DNA of 63,844 nt, the filler included, from Diploschistes diacapsis (Eukaryota), in assembly GCA_023645945.1 (NCBI GenBank). It is 12 parts of 12 records of this genome, joined end to end, with 100 filler letters (N's around TTAATTAATTAA, not from the genome) between each part and the next. Parts side by side here need not be neighbours in the genome. Positions count along the whole stretch, not along the records: positions 1 to 22,962 come from JALAIB010000272.1; 11 more parts are not named here. One strand, given 5' to 3'. Shown piece after piece: positions 1 through 12,396 of the stretch. The translations under genes were made by a program, and so were the position numbers. Under the pieces are notes generated by a model, which searched no databases, was not told the DNA's origin, and was given only the letters and a program-made list of their open reading frames with translations. Within the stretch, counting starts at the first letter, position 1; every line of letters begins with the position of its first letter.

Positions 1-209
1 GGATAGAAGGGTGGAGAAAGTAGTTGCGGGTTTGTGCGATTGTTTTGCGCTCTGGAGAGCTTAGGTGGGGGGGGGGAGGGTGAACTGACTATTCGGTAAG
101 CTTCCTTGAGGAATTCGTCGACGACGTCGGACTGGAAGTGCCGGTGGTGGTTGATGTGTGCGTGGCGCTCCGCGAGTAGCTCGTCGAACGTGGCACTTAG
201 GTCTGTCAT
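1..209 (-). CDS. UFE1: ER t-SNARE Ufe1/syntaxin-18 homolog, 5' part only (cut by contig start)
   Basis: Not in the ORF track. My translation from ATG 209 gives MTDLSATFDELLAERH...VVDEFLKEAYRI, followed by a GTCAGT donor at 89 and a short intron. MTDL...DEFLKEAYRI is the syntaxin-18 N-terminal signature. Confidence 0.7.
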   Translation of the reverse strand, partial: MTDLSATFDELLAERHAHINHHRHFQSDVVDEFLKEAYRIVSSPSPPPPKLSRAQNNRTNPQLLSPPFY

Positions 210-436
210 CCTGGCGGGAGAATTGTGTAGGGTGGTAGAAGAGGAAGTAAAGGGGAGATTTAGGGAGGTTTTTGAAGCTATCTTGTACATACGGAGATTA
301 CGGAGATAAGCTTCGGAGGCCTGCAGAGGTTCTGTCGCACTATACAATGCTACTTTCAATCCCTCGCATGTAAGTTATCATTCGTTATATGTCCATAGCA
401 GATATGCACAAATGCCGCCTTAAAAAAACCATCGCC

Positions 437-2344
437 CTACGCGCTGTCCTCCCTCCACCGACTCTTGACCCTCCCCCATCCCTCCGCTTCCAGCCGTCCC
501 CCTCTCTTCTCCATCCCTAGTCCCCTCTCAACCCACTCCTGGGTCCCCATCTCGCTCAGTCTACTCAACGCACGCGCAAACGCGAACCGCTCCTCGTCCC
601 CACTAAAAGTCCCGCTGCTCTTCATAACCGTCAAGTTGAGATCCAAATCGTCCATCATCTGCCGCGCCACGTCGTCGAGCGGGAAGTGATCGTGGTCCTG
701 CGGCGAGGTATTCTTTGGGAGATCGTCGGAGGCGGGGGATCTGTGTGCGGTTTCCAGCGCGGCGGAAATTTCGTGGGGGGAAAGGAAGAGCTCGTAGAGG
801 GGGACGGCGGTTGTGAGGACGAGCTTGGCCTGGCGTGCGTGAGGTCAGCGTGGGGATAGTCGGGCAGGCTGGCAGGTAACGTACCCTGCTTTCGTAAACG
901 GCATCAACAAAGGTGATGAACCGCCTGGCCAGATCGCGCTCTCGATACGTCATGCTCGGCACGTCGGTCACTACAAACGCATCGTAGCTCTTCACTAGCT
1001 CCAGATAGTCGGCGGCGCCCGTTGCCTTGCCCAGCAGTTCATTGAAGGTGAACATGGCCGCTTTGCCGCTCGCCCTCGGGACCATGATGTTGCGGCCCCA
1101 GACTTGGTGGGTGGCTGCATGCGGTGGGTCACCCTTTGGGTCACCCAGGAAGGAGAACCACCTCTCCGCGTGGGATTTCGCACCGGCATCGAGAGGATGG
1201 TGGTAAACTCCCGAGGGAGGGCGGGGGATTTTGCGATAGTCTGTATCGCTATCCAGATTGATCACGCGCAGGCGAGTCTGGAGGAGGTTGATGCATGGTA
1301 CGAACGATTCGCGCTGGATGCCATTCTTGTATAAATCGGTCGGGTGCCGATTGGAGGTTGTCACAAGGACAACGCCATGCGACATGAGGGCTTCCAACAG
1401 CCTACAGAAGGTTAGTGCTCGGGACCGAGTAACGTTTCGAAGAGCCTCCTCCACCTTCTCAGGATCATGGCATCCGCCACATCCGTGCATTGAAACTCAT
1501 CAAAACACAACACGCTCGCCTTTTCCGCGATATCCGCTGCCACATACAGAATGGCGTCCAGGTCACTGCCATGCTGTACTCTCATGAGGTGCAATCGCTT
1601 GTGCACGTCCTGCATGAAGTTGTGGAAATGTATCCGCGTCTTCGACTTTATGTTTGACGGTAGCGTATCGTAGAATAGATCCATCAACATTGTCTTGCCA
1701 CTGCCCACATCGCCGAACATGTAGAGGCCCTTTGGTAAGTTGGCGGGGATCTGAGTCGAAGGTTTTTTGTTGGAGGTCCCCAGGAGGGAACCCAGCCAGG
1801 ACCTGGAGCGTTTGAGCGATTGTATGCTGGGACGAACGATGGTGGAAGGTTCGTAGGCACGAAGCATGTCATGAAGGTCTTGAAGATATTGCACAATGGC
1901 TATTTTGACGAACTTAGCCTTTACAAGAGGAAAGCAAGGGGATATGGCCCACTGCGCTGATGGTCGTCATCGCGGAGGCGGCGCGTCTCGACACGCTCTT
2001 GGTATTCTTCAAGCGGCCCATGGCCGTTAGGATTGACTGCAAAAGATAAGAAAATCAGGTTCGTTCCTTGCAGCCTTGTGTCGTATGGGTTTCTAACCAT
2101 GAGCTTCAGTCGCGTAAACCCGCTTTGTCTGTGCTAGGAGCTTGGGGGCCTCCCGGTTCCGTTCTTGGATAGAGTATCCTCGTATATGGCCATTGCTGCT
2201 GACAAGCGTACGACTGTATCTTCTTTCCCGGCTCGATCTCGCGCAGCTTGCGCATATGAAAGCCGGAGGTTCAGAGGCGGAGGAGGAAGCGTGCAGCAAA
2301 TGACGTAGGACACGAAGGCTGGGCAACGGTTTTGCGTAAGGCAT
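437..2344 (-). CDS. AFG1: AFG1/LACE1-family mitochondrial P-loop ATPase (multi-exon)
   Basis: PKGLYMFGDVGSGKTMLMDLFY (Walker A), VLCFDEFQCTDVADAMIL (Walker B), TSNRHPTDLYKNGIQR, ARRFITFVDAVYE and GDEERFAFARALSRL are spread over four ORFs with GT-AG introns. The N-terminus is Arg/Ser-rich, like a presequence. Confidence 0.92.
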
Positions 2345-3107
2345 TGGGTGACAAAGAAAACAGTGAAAAGGAATACTGGGTAAGGGAAAACCTGCCAATA
2401 ACTGAAAAATCAGCCAAGTATGGTATGTATCTACAGGAAGGAAGGTGAAGGGCAAAAGAGGCCTCGGGCTGCAAGTCTGAGGAGGCTTTCCCACCAGTCA
2501 ACTTTGCAGCGTCATCATCCGACTCGGTTACAGCACCTACTGGGTAATGGTCATCTTCGCTGGCCTCCCCAATTTACCCCCTAAATGGGGGCCAGGACAA
2601 CTTAGGGTTGGTCAGGCAGGCCCAGACAAACTGATCAGGCTTCTCTGCAGCTTTTTTCATTGCCAATACGAAATTCTCCAAACCTACCCAGCTATCGTGG
2701 CGTTTTGCAAAGGAAGCTCGAGCCAATCTGATGTGGGCAGCGGAGTGTCACCTGTCATGGGCTCCAGTCGTAGTTCTTTCATTGCAAGCCATACACATAA
2801 TCCCCTGGCATACATCCGCTGTGCACCACTGAACTGAAAGCCCGCCGATTTACTAAAGTAACACGCCTTCCTCGATTCATCATCGCGCTCGATGGAGCTC
2901 CAGACGCCTGCCAATCCAACCCAGTTTCTGTTCGTAAAACCTGCTCGTAAGCGAACATCACTTTGCTTCCAAGTGGCCTTTCGGGTGTGCTCTCGTCGCT
3001 GCCGATTCCATCTCTAAATCCTGTTGCCCAACATGGCGTGTCCGAGCCACAATATCCAGACTCTCGCGTCCAACGCTTCGGCCTCTATTGGTCGAATGCA
3101 GAAAAAA

Positions 3108-3737
3108 TCACCACCTTCCACCGGCGGGAGGGCTTCTCGGCCAAGCTGCTCCAACGCCAACTCCCATCACGGCAGGGGTGCTCGAAGCCCCTCTGCCCCA
3201 GCCATTGCTGCTGGCGCTGCTGGATGCGCTGGATGGACTGGTCGGGCTGGATGCTGTTGCGCCGGTCAAGACACGGAGAGCCACTTCTGCTGCATCCTCC
3301 TTGGCATTGTTGATGTACGTGCCGTCATACCAGTATCTTGCCTGCACGGTTTGCTGAGTGGTCGGCGAATTTGGAGCGGGAATCGTGACTGTCGAGGACC
3401 ACGCCGTTCGGCCACCTAGAATAATGGATCAATGGATTCATTACCCCACAATGTGAAAGCCCATTGAACGTGGTTTGTGCCCACTACTTTTGCTTGCGAA
3501 CCGAACAAAGGAAATTCTTGGTGGCTCAAAACTGAACATTAACAAGTGGAACTTAGCTTTGCTTACCTCTTCTGTCCGAGACGATGTTAAAGATTGGCGG
3601 ATGATACTGATTAGAACGGCAGTGGTCTGTTTCTGTGAGCCCACCATTCCGCTTCCTAGAGGACTGCCAAAGCCACCTTGAAGCTTCTCTTGCCACGATA
3701 AGGATCGGCCACGGCCCGGTGCAGTGGCTGCAGCCAT
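3108..3737 (-). CDS. Small fungal dsRNA-binding-domain-like protein (3 exons)
   Basis: Spliced reading gives MAAATAPGRGRSLSWQEKLQ / DHCRSNQYHPPIFNIVSDRRG / GRTAWSS...QARYWYDGTYINNAKEDAAEVAL, with GT-AG introns. The ending matches the dsRBD C-terminal helix pattern (AK..AA..AL). Confidence 0.7.
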
Positions 3738-6408
3738 CCAGAATAGTTGATGGATGAAAATGATAGGGGTAGATTGCAGGCTGATGTTCGTAGTAGCCCT
3801 GAATTCCCACGATTGAAGGACTTGAGAGATCAAACAACAGATTGCTTGAGCAATAGTACAGTAATATGATGTTATAAACAGCACATCCGCCAAAGAGTAA
3901 TGTCAAGCCTGAAGTATAAAGATCTGATGCTGAAGTAGCGGAACGACGCCATCTTATTATAATACAGGCAGCGTGAACGCATGCAGCCACGCTATTCGGT
4001 TCACCAGGGTCGAGCTGCTCGAGATTGTGCAGTTTCGAAACATAACAAGTAGAATGTCACAGGAGGTAGAGCTGGGTAGCGATACATGGTGGCAGCTCGA
4101 ACCCCAATGATAGCTACTGGTACCATGGCACGGCGAAGGCATTTCGACGTAGCTATCCGTAGCCTGCAAGAATTGCTATTCGAGAGTCGAAGTAGCTTTC
4201 CATGCAACATGACGCACAGTAGCGTGAAGAAGGCGCTCCATGGCCGATAATCCCTGAGAGATGGTCTTTGGATTTGCGTGAGAGGGTTCTTGATGGGAGG
4301 AAAGGTACATATGAAACTGACCGATTTTAACGCGGATTTGACTGGTAGCGTGGCACGGCCCGAAGCGTCCGCCCGTAACATTGGACAGGTTGCAATAGCT
4401 GCCGAACAGATGCGCAACGATAAGGTCGATTCGCAGGTCCCCGGCAGTAGCAGCTGTAGCGAGGCTTCATGTCATAGAAGTCGGTATGGCATCACTGTTG
4501 CTCCAGACGGGGTGGTACCATTTCTAGCTTCCGTTCGGCATTCGAAAGACTCACAATTTGGGACATTATTCAGCAGATACTGAGGGCCGATGCAACTGGC
4601 AGGCATTCATACATGCCCGTCGTGGCGAGTCACAAGTGGGCGAAGACCAATGAAGAGGTTCGAGCTCGCCAGGCGACGAAGCTAGAGGATGATGAACCGG
4701 AGAATTCTTCAGGTAACTGTGGAGATGGGCTAGGGTGACAAGCAAGACATCCGGATGGTGTGGTTTAAGGCGGCGAATAAATGCCCAAATCAGTATAAAC
4801 GCAACGCAACGTAACGTACAGAAACAAAGCACACAGAGGAGGAAAAGGCTATCAAGACTTGAGGGGGGGGGGGGAATATTGCATGCTGCAAAGTTGACAG
4901 GTTCAAGGGTTCTGATGCAGGCAAGCCATGTTCCGCTGTGTCTCCGTTGCTTGCTTTTGCCTGGCTTGATATTCGATCATGCAACTCGTAGTCCGATAAG
5001 TGATGCTGAAGAGTAGCAAACGATTTATTGCACCGACAGTTTGCGTAATAGAAGGATTGGAGACGCTCAAAGAAGGGTGGTCATCGACGAGAATATCGAC
5101 CCTAGTCGATATAAGCCTTCCCTTGTGAGTGCGCCATTGCAGCCATTGCAGCCTTTGGCCTTTGGCCTTTGTCGGCCACAGACCCATGTTGCGAAAAGAT
5201 CGAAGACTCTGTCTTTGGCCACTAAGAAAAGAAGCAGCTCAGCATTCGATCTGTGGGTGGCTTTTGGCCAGATGCGCTGGCACAAACAGCCTGCCATGTG
5301 TTGTAACTTGTAAGGCCGGCACGCATGAAGTATCCAGTAGCCGTGAGAAAGGCATGCATGGCTGGCCCGCGCTTAAGAATAGACGGTCCAAAAGCCCCCC
5401 CCCCCCCGCACTGCAGCCAGCTGCGTACGGGCTGTCTTTACGAATAAGTAGATAGATATTGTCCGAGTGATGCTTGAAATGCCGTGTGCTAATCTTGGAG
5501 AGGAAACTGTCTCTACGAGGCAGCTCAATTTTAAACATCTTGAGCCGCCAAGATGTTGTTGCTATAAACACAACCACTTGCGTCAATAAAGTAACACATT
5601 TGTTTTTGAAATCCCGACACCATAAGGGTACCTACCTACATATAAGCGTGTAGAAGAAAGTACCCCTTGCTTTTCGGCCGGGAAGATGGAAGTGACAATT
5701 CACTTCGACTCATGTTTTCCTAGGAAGGGCAGGCCATGTTAAGACGAATCATAAAACCTTTCCGGAAAGCTTTTGCAGAGAGCTTCGGTTAGCTTAGGCG
5801 CTTATCGTGTACTTGCTCTGAGTATGGGCCTAAAGCGGTGGAAGAAGGTGTCAATATCGCCTGGAGACAAAGGGTACCAAATGTGAAAGGGGAGAAAGGT
5901 AGAGTCGTAGTTAGGGAGGGTATAATAAGAGAGCTTGGGCTCTGCTGCATGGCGGGAGAGAAAGGAAAATTCCAAGATAAAGCTTTGTCATTATTGCTGC
6001 TGCAGGCCACCGCTACTTCCGTCATTCAGTCCACTCTGTGTCCCAGTTCCGCAACTGAAAGGGCCGCTTGTTTGGGGGTGCACAAGGGGTGCTGACAGTG
6101 GTAATGCTGTTTTCTTCGCTCCCTTGAGAATACAACTTCAATATCTCAATCTTCAAAGCGTCCTATCCTCGTATTGTTCCTGACTCATGCAGTGCCCAGC
6201 CCAACCCGTCATGCTATCATGATAGATGTACATATTCGTAGAGGCGTGGTTGATCGTGCTCTCATGGCAGATCCAGATGGATTCGATTCTCGTGCTGGAA
6301 GGGAACATAAAGCTGAAGGAAATGAGCGGAGAATACTAAAAATACAAAATCTGTATAGTGTCATGTTGTAGTGCTGTGGTGCCTGTGGTGCTGTCGAACT
6401 TCATACCG

Positions 6409-7769
6409 CTATTCGTTTACTGGATAGGTAACTGCCGAGATTTTGTGCTGAGTTGGCGGTTTGAATATCCCGTCGATGAGCTTCTTGGGTCCGAGATGTT
6501 CCAAGTTGGCTTGCTTGTCAGATGACAGTTTCGGGATGTGCAGCTGGAAACGGTCCTTCCTGTGCCATTTGTTCTTGATGCAATCATCAACAAAAGCCAT
6601 CAAACCTGTTGCGACAACAACACTAGAATGTATTAGCGGAGAATGAAATTTGGTAGGAGCACATACTCTGCAACGTCCGTTAGTGCATTCATAATCTTGG
6701 GATCGCTCAACCACATCGAGCTCCGAGGAATCCATCCTCCTTTCCGTTCCTCCTCCTCCACCTCAAACGGTGACATTGGCTCGGGAACGATGTGTGCGAT
6801 GGGAGTCGGAGAATTGGGAACAAAAAGATGATAGGATATCTCCTTCGAAGAAGTATGCTTTTTGACGGAACGCCGCCATGTGTATGACGTGCCCCAATAG
6901 TCAAACTCGTAACGCTTGGAAGACTTGGCGCCACGACGCTTGAGCTCGATATGTGCATAGTTCGCGAATTCAAGCATAGTTGTGTTAGTCGGTATTGGCA
7001 AGTTCTTCGAGGGAGTACGCTTGGGTGGTTCAGCAGTTGCCTCGGCATCTCCATCCCCTTTCATGGAAGCATATCCAGAATCATGTCTCTTCCAACTCTT
7101 CACAGACGATTTATCGCTAGCCCTATATCGCAGAGAAGCTAAAGCACTGCTCATCGATCTTTGAAACGTCGGTCTTCGTTGAGATGCTGCCTTGGTATAC
7201 TTTCGACTTGAATGACATATCTCTCTACCAGAGTCACGACAGTACCGTCTTAAAGAGAACTCCCGGCTCTTGAGGTCATGCATCCGGAGATGGAACAGGG
7301 TAAGATCGACTTTTCTCTCGTCCCGAGTATGCGTTTCGGTGTCGACTCGAAGGTTCATGTTACCGTCTATAGTATCGTCATGCCGGATGCGTAATCTTCT
7401 TGTCGATGGAAAGTATCTGGCGAATTCTGACGGCGTCGTCGCGTAAGCGGTGGGTGGAGAAGGTTCGCAGTGCAGATCGGTGGGTTCCTCGTAGACGAGC
7501 TCCTCATCCTCCCTCGGGTCCTCCTCGGAAGCGATAGTGGATGCGCAAGAGTCGACCGACAACCGACTGTCCCAATCTCCACAATAGAGCTGATCCCAGT
7601 TCCCCAAAGGTTTGATTCTGGAGATATCGCCATCGAAATGCCTAAGAGTGGTTTTGATGCTGCAGTCAGTAGGGGCAGTGCTCCCAGAAAGGTACGAGCC
7701 GTAGCTGCATTCTGAGCTCGCATCGCTGTCCCGCCTGCTGATAGGTATCATACGTAAGGGCATTTTCAT
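6409..7769 (-). CDS. Conserved Pezizomycotina hypothetical protein (2 exons)
   Basis: 378-aa ORF (IRHDDTIDGNMNLRVDT, LFHLRMHDLKSREFSLRRYCRDSGREICHS, YEFDYWG), apparently spliced at ~6664 to a last exon starting VVVATGLMAFVDDCI. Confidence 0.75.
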
Positions 7770-8204
7770 CCAAAATGTGGATATCGTAAACCTGCAACCA
7801 CAGAGACGCTACCCAGGATGACGAATAGATGTGCAGAGAAAGCAACCAAGGCTGCCAAATATATAAAATGAATATATTTGGGCGAATAAATGCAGCAGCC
7901 GAGGGCCTGGAAACAACTGAAACGTTCCAGGCCTAACCGGACGTGCTCTGACACATTCTCGAGGAAGACATGACGAATGGGTGAATCGAGATGGATGTTG
8001 GACAACAACAGTGTTGGCGAGGGATCGATCGCATATGCAGAGAAGGCGGTTGGTCTTTTTCTATCCCAGGTCCGACCAGCGAAGATGTTTTGAACGGAAT
8101 GGCCAGAGTGTGCAGAAGAGATGGCTCTGCTTATAGGACGTAGAAGGTAGCGTTCAAAAGATTTTGAGGGAATGAGGGAATTTCATAAGCGTGAGCGGCG
8201 GGCG

Positions 8205-8281
8205 GAGGGGAAAGGGAAAGGGAAAGGGAGAGGGAGAGGGAGAGGGAAAAGGAGAGAGGGAAAGGGTGAGGGTAAGGGGAC
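8205..8281. repeat. Polypurine/polypyrimidine tract upstream of the 7769 gene
   Basis: GGGAAA/GAGG-type repeats, CT-rich on the gene's sense strand, as is common near fungal transcription starts. Confidence 0.6.
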
Positions 8282-8777
8282 GGCCCCTAAATCACGAGTG
8301 TGAGTGTGCGGTTGTGTGCGACCGAATCCGCATGCAGGACACAGGTAGAAGAGCCACCAGTGATGTCCCAAAATGCTAGCACATCCCAGCTTCTTCCCAC
8401 CAAGACAGGCAATATTAAATTATTCTTAAATATTATATTATCGTCTGCCTGCCGTCTGCAAGAACTCGGCAAGCGGTGGCCGAAAAGCGAGCGAATGGAG
8501 GCTGCAAGGTGAACAAGAGTCCCGAACGACACCGAGGTCAACGCAGCGCAAAATGAGTCAAAAGGCAACGATTGCGCCACAAATCACACTGTAATTGGAT
8601 ATTCTTGAAACCAGTCAGTTGCCGTCAGACCTAAGAGTTTCGAAAACCTCTTCATCGCTTATGTTCTAAGGTTTGCCTCGATATTGCCACGAGTCTGCAA
8701 GTCCTTACCTTGCCCAATGCTTTCTCAACCCCCTCACGAAAACGCTACGCCGAATCCGCCCCAACCCATGTGCATCC

Positions 8778-10178
8778 TTAAAGCCTCAACGTAGCCCCCT
8801 TAGTACCTGGATCCATCTTCACCCTCCAGATCTTCTCCCCACCACAAGCCCACAGCTCGCCGCTTCTTCCAAAACAGAGCCCCGTCGCTCCACCTTCGAT
8901 CAAGATCCTCCCTACCAAACTGCCTCCCTCGTTGAAAACGTGCACGCCGTCTCTGCAAGCGGCGTAGACATTATTGAGCACATCAACCGCCAGAGCGTGC
9001 GGCGCACTTGACGGCAGCGCAAAAAGCCTCTTCTGCGTGAGGAATGTGAGCGGCTGCACGACGGAGAAGGCGTAGATGGTGCTCCGTGCGATGGAATCGG
9101 CGCTCTTCGGGGGTGCGTCTACGACGTAAAGAGTCTTGTGGTTGAGCGAAAAGGCAAGCGCGGTTGGCCAAGCGATCTCGTTGGTCATGGCGCGAAGATC
9201 GGAGGTTTGCGGGTCGAAGCGGTAGATCAGAGGCGGGAGCTGTGGTTTCGGGCGGTAGGAGGGGGAATGGGAGAGGTGGGGATCGCTGAACCAGATGGAA
9301 CCGTCCGGATGGCTGACGCAGGAATGGGGCGAGTTGAGGGGCGTTCCGTAGAAGTTTGTTAGTAGGGGATATGTCTTGTGCGGTCTCTTGGTGTCCATGT
9401 AGACGAGCGCAGCGGGCTCTTTGAATGTTCCTGCCGCGCACATGACGATGCCTTGGTCGAAGACACAGCCCGATTGGAGCATGTAAGAATGCTCTGGCGT
9501 GCGCACCTTGTCACGCGCAAAGTCTGGTGTCGAGAAGAACTCGAATTTGGAGAGCACGACAAGGAGATTGCGAGAAGGCGCTGCCGAGGGCGACGAGTCC
9601 GGGATCGGCGCGGAGGACACGAAGAGCGTATTCGACTTGGGATGGAAGATCCCGCTGCAGTAGAAGTAAGGAGCCCTTCTGTCCTCGATCAAGAGTTGTA
9701 GCGTCGGCGAATTACCTAGGGCCTGCAGAAAAGTGTCGGAGTATACGAGAAACGGTCGCGTTTCTGGTTCCAGCAGAGCCGGGCTCGGAAATGCGTCGCT
9801 GGAACTTGTTAGGTAACGGCAGCGAACAAAGTTCGAACGATCATACCGCCAAATCGAATCGGCCTGTCGGTTAATCAGTTGCCACGGGACATCCTTCGTC
9901 GGAGGTGGGTGAAGCGTAATATCTGGAGGTGGGTTCCAGGGCATTGCCGACCTCATGCCATCCCCCGGCGGCGGTCGAGGCGACGAAGGCCTGGAGTTGT
10001 CCGACTGCGAAGAGTAGCCATTTTCCTTGTGACTGCCTTTTGAAGACCCAGACAAGGAAACCTTGTGACCACTGTTCTTATTGCGATGGAGCCTTGGACG
10101 CTCCCAACGAAAGCCCCTCTTCTCTTCTCCTATCGCAGTGCCATTGGTCGGCGTGGGCGAGGCTAGGTTGTCTAGCAT
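8778..10178 (-). CDS. SMP-30/gluconolactonase/LRE-like beta-propeller protein
   Basis: NFYGTPLNSP, HPDGSIWFSDP, IYRFDP, PTALAFS...LYVVD and ALAVDVLNNVYAACRDGVHVFN motifs in a 466-aa ORF with a low-complexity N-terminus. Confidence 0.85.
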   Translation of the reverse strand: MLDNLASPTPTNGTAIGEEKRGFRWERPRLHRNKNSGHKVSLSGSSKGSHKENGYSSQSDNSRPSSPRPPPGDGMRSAMPWNPPPDITLHPPPTKDVPWQLINRQADSIWRYDRSNFVRCRYLTSSSDAFPSPALLEPETRPFLVYSDTFLQALGNSPTLQLLIEDRRAPYFYCSGIFHPKSNTLFVSSAPIPDSSPSAAPSRNLLVVLSKFEFFSTPDFARDKVRTPEHSYMLQSGCVFDQGIVMCAAGTFKEPAALVYMDTKRPHKTYPLLTNFYGTPLNSPHSCVSHPDGSIWFSDPHLSHSPSYRPKPQLPPLIYRFDPQTSDLRAMTNEIAWPTALAFSLNHKTLYVVDAPPKSADSIARSTIYAFSVVQPLTFLTQKRLFALPSSAPHALAVDVLNNVYAACRDGVHVFNEGGSLVGRILIEGGATGLCFGRSGELWACGGEKIWRVKMDPGTKGATLRL

Positions 10179-12396
10179 GTCGATTTAGATCTCGTTACAG
10201 AGCAGTCCTAGGTATATAGTGGTTTGCACGCAGGTTCGAGCGGAATAGAGTAGAGTAGGAGATAGTTCAACGTGGGCAAACTCGTAACTTGGAGTGCAGG
10301 GTTGCAACGATATATCGAAGATTAGGAAGGAACCGTTAACATGAACGTCGGACACTTAGTCTCTCTGCGCCAGGTAGGTAGGTGTCGCGCCCTGCTGTAG
10401 ATACAAAGTACCTCTGTACTCTGTAGAAGCAATGACCTGAGCGTTGAAGACGTAAGCTGTGCTAGTGCATGGAGAACAGCTTGCTTGCGCCATCACTCCA
10501 ATCGAGGAGGTGCTCTAGGATAGATAGAGTTTCTCTGACGTCTTTCGGAGAATCGGAGTCCATTCAACCTAGTAGGATTCCCCCTGGGACGAGTGGACCA
10601 AAACAATCATGGTAGCAAGTGTGTGGGTTGCAACGTGCAAGCAAGCCGTGCCGCTGGCGCAAGAAGTCGTAGCTCCGAACAGCGCCATCTCCCTGTCATC
10701 CCTTCCTTTCCCTTGCCAGTCTTACTGCATCGTTGAAACCTTGTGCCTTTGACGTCAAAATCGACCCACTCCCACGCACACCGTGCTCGAAATGTGGAAC
10801 GGACGGGCTCGGGCAGAACTGGCCAACTTTTGATTCCTGGACTGCTTCCGCTCAGTCACATATCATCACATTCTCGATATTCTACCATCTAGTCACCTCG
10901 AATCAACACAAAATCGACCTCTTTCCTCGGGTTAGATTAGCCAAACCGTAACCGTGTCCGTGCCTTGTCCCCTCGGTCTCGCGCACACAGCATGCAGGGC
11001 AGGCATCCACATTCCGGAAAATCTCTCGAGCGCTACAGCGAAGAAAAAGGCAGCCATACAGACCACCTGCAGCATTTTGGTAACAGGTGCTCTACTATAT
11101 GACACCGAAAGAACAAGAAGGATATTTTCTTCCCCTTCCCGCAATAGATAATAGATAATAGATGAAAATGCCGTACCAGATCAAAAATGGGCGTCCAACC
11201 ACTTTGGGCCTAGTATAGATAGCTATATGATCATTGGCTTATTAGCGAAACTTGGTATTCGGGCTTTACGGGGCAGAAGAAGCTGTGTTACTTACTGTGT
11301 AGTAGTAGATCTACGCGTGAAATTAATGGCACCGTCGGCGATACTGCTCTATTTGGAAAATCAGCCCTTTCTTTGCATGAATCGCAAAAACCTCTCTAAT
11401 AATAATCCGTTCATCAAATGCTATACAACCTCGAGAGCCCGTGTCCCAATTATTAGCACGCCCCACCTATTCACTGCCCCAGCTGGGAAAGCGATGCGCG
11501 TCTATCATAACATCCTCTGACGTGACAACTGAAACTATCACCGCAACTGTGCCATCACAACAACGTAAACAGCCCTGATAGCCAGGCAGCCAGGCAGCCA
11601 GGCAGTCGGTCATCCCTCTCCGACACTCCAGGCACCTGGCAGGCCAAACAAGGCAAAGGTCCCCCCTTGCAGACTCGATCCGAGTCGAGTCGAGTCAGTG
11701 CCACCAGGTGCTTGCTGCACGATATCGACAGCCTCCTACCGCATCCTACGCCGCACAGCACGAGCCATCCATCGTATGCATCCCTCATACAATGCATGAA
11801 CAAAACCAATTACGAGGTGTCATTGCTGGCTGAGCTTATGCTGGCGGTTATGGGAGAAGATCGAGCTCGGAGAGGAGTGCAAAACAAAGAAAAGCAGGAC
11901 TTCGAATATAAGTGTACTACCTCACCTGGAACGCGGCAAAGCGCAGCGCAGCTCGAAGTAATGTGGTCAATCTTGAACGTAAAATAGTGATTGCAACATC
12001 CATGCGATGCTAGCTACAAAAGCCACGGGTTAAAGGATATATGAACAACAACAACAACAACAACCACACCCAAGGAACGATACTCTTGGAATGCAAGCAA
12101 CGCTACATTTCGAATTCCCCTTGTCCACAGCATGCGCCCAAACGTACCGCAAACATGAGTGTCCTTTCCCACGCCGAGAAAAAGTTCCATTAGAAGTTCT
12201 CAGTTTGCTCGTTCCAGGTCCCAAGAGAGAAGACAAAGAAAACCAGTTGAGTCAGAGGACAGATGGCGTCTCGTATAATTGCAGATCGTAACGCCGTAGA
12301 TGAAGCTCAGGTACCCCTGCAGCCGGTGTGTATGAGAGGGAATGAGTTCGCTGATTGTACTGAAAAACACATGCTCCTTGCGCCACTTGGTCATGT

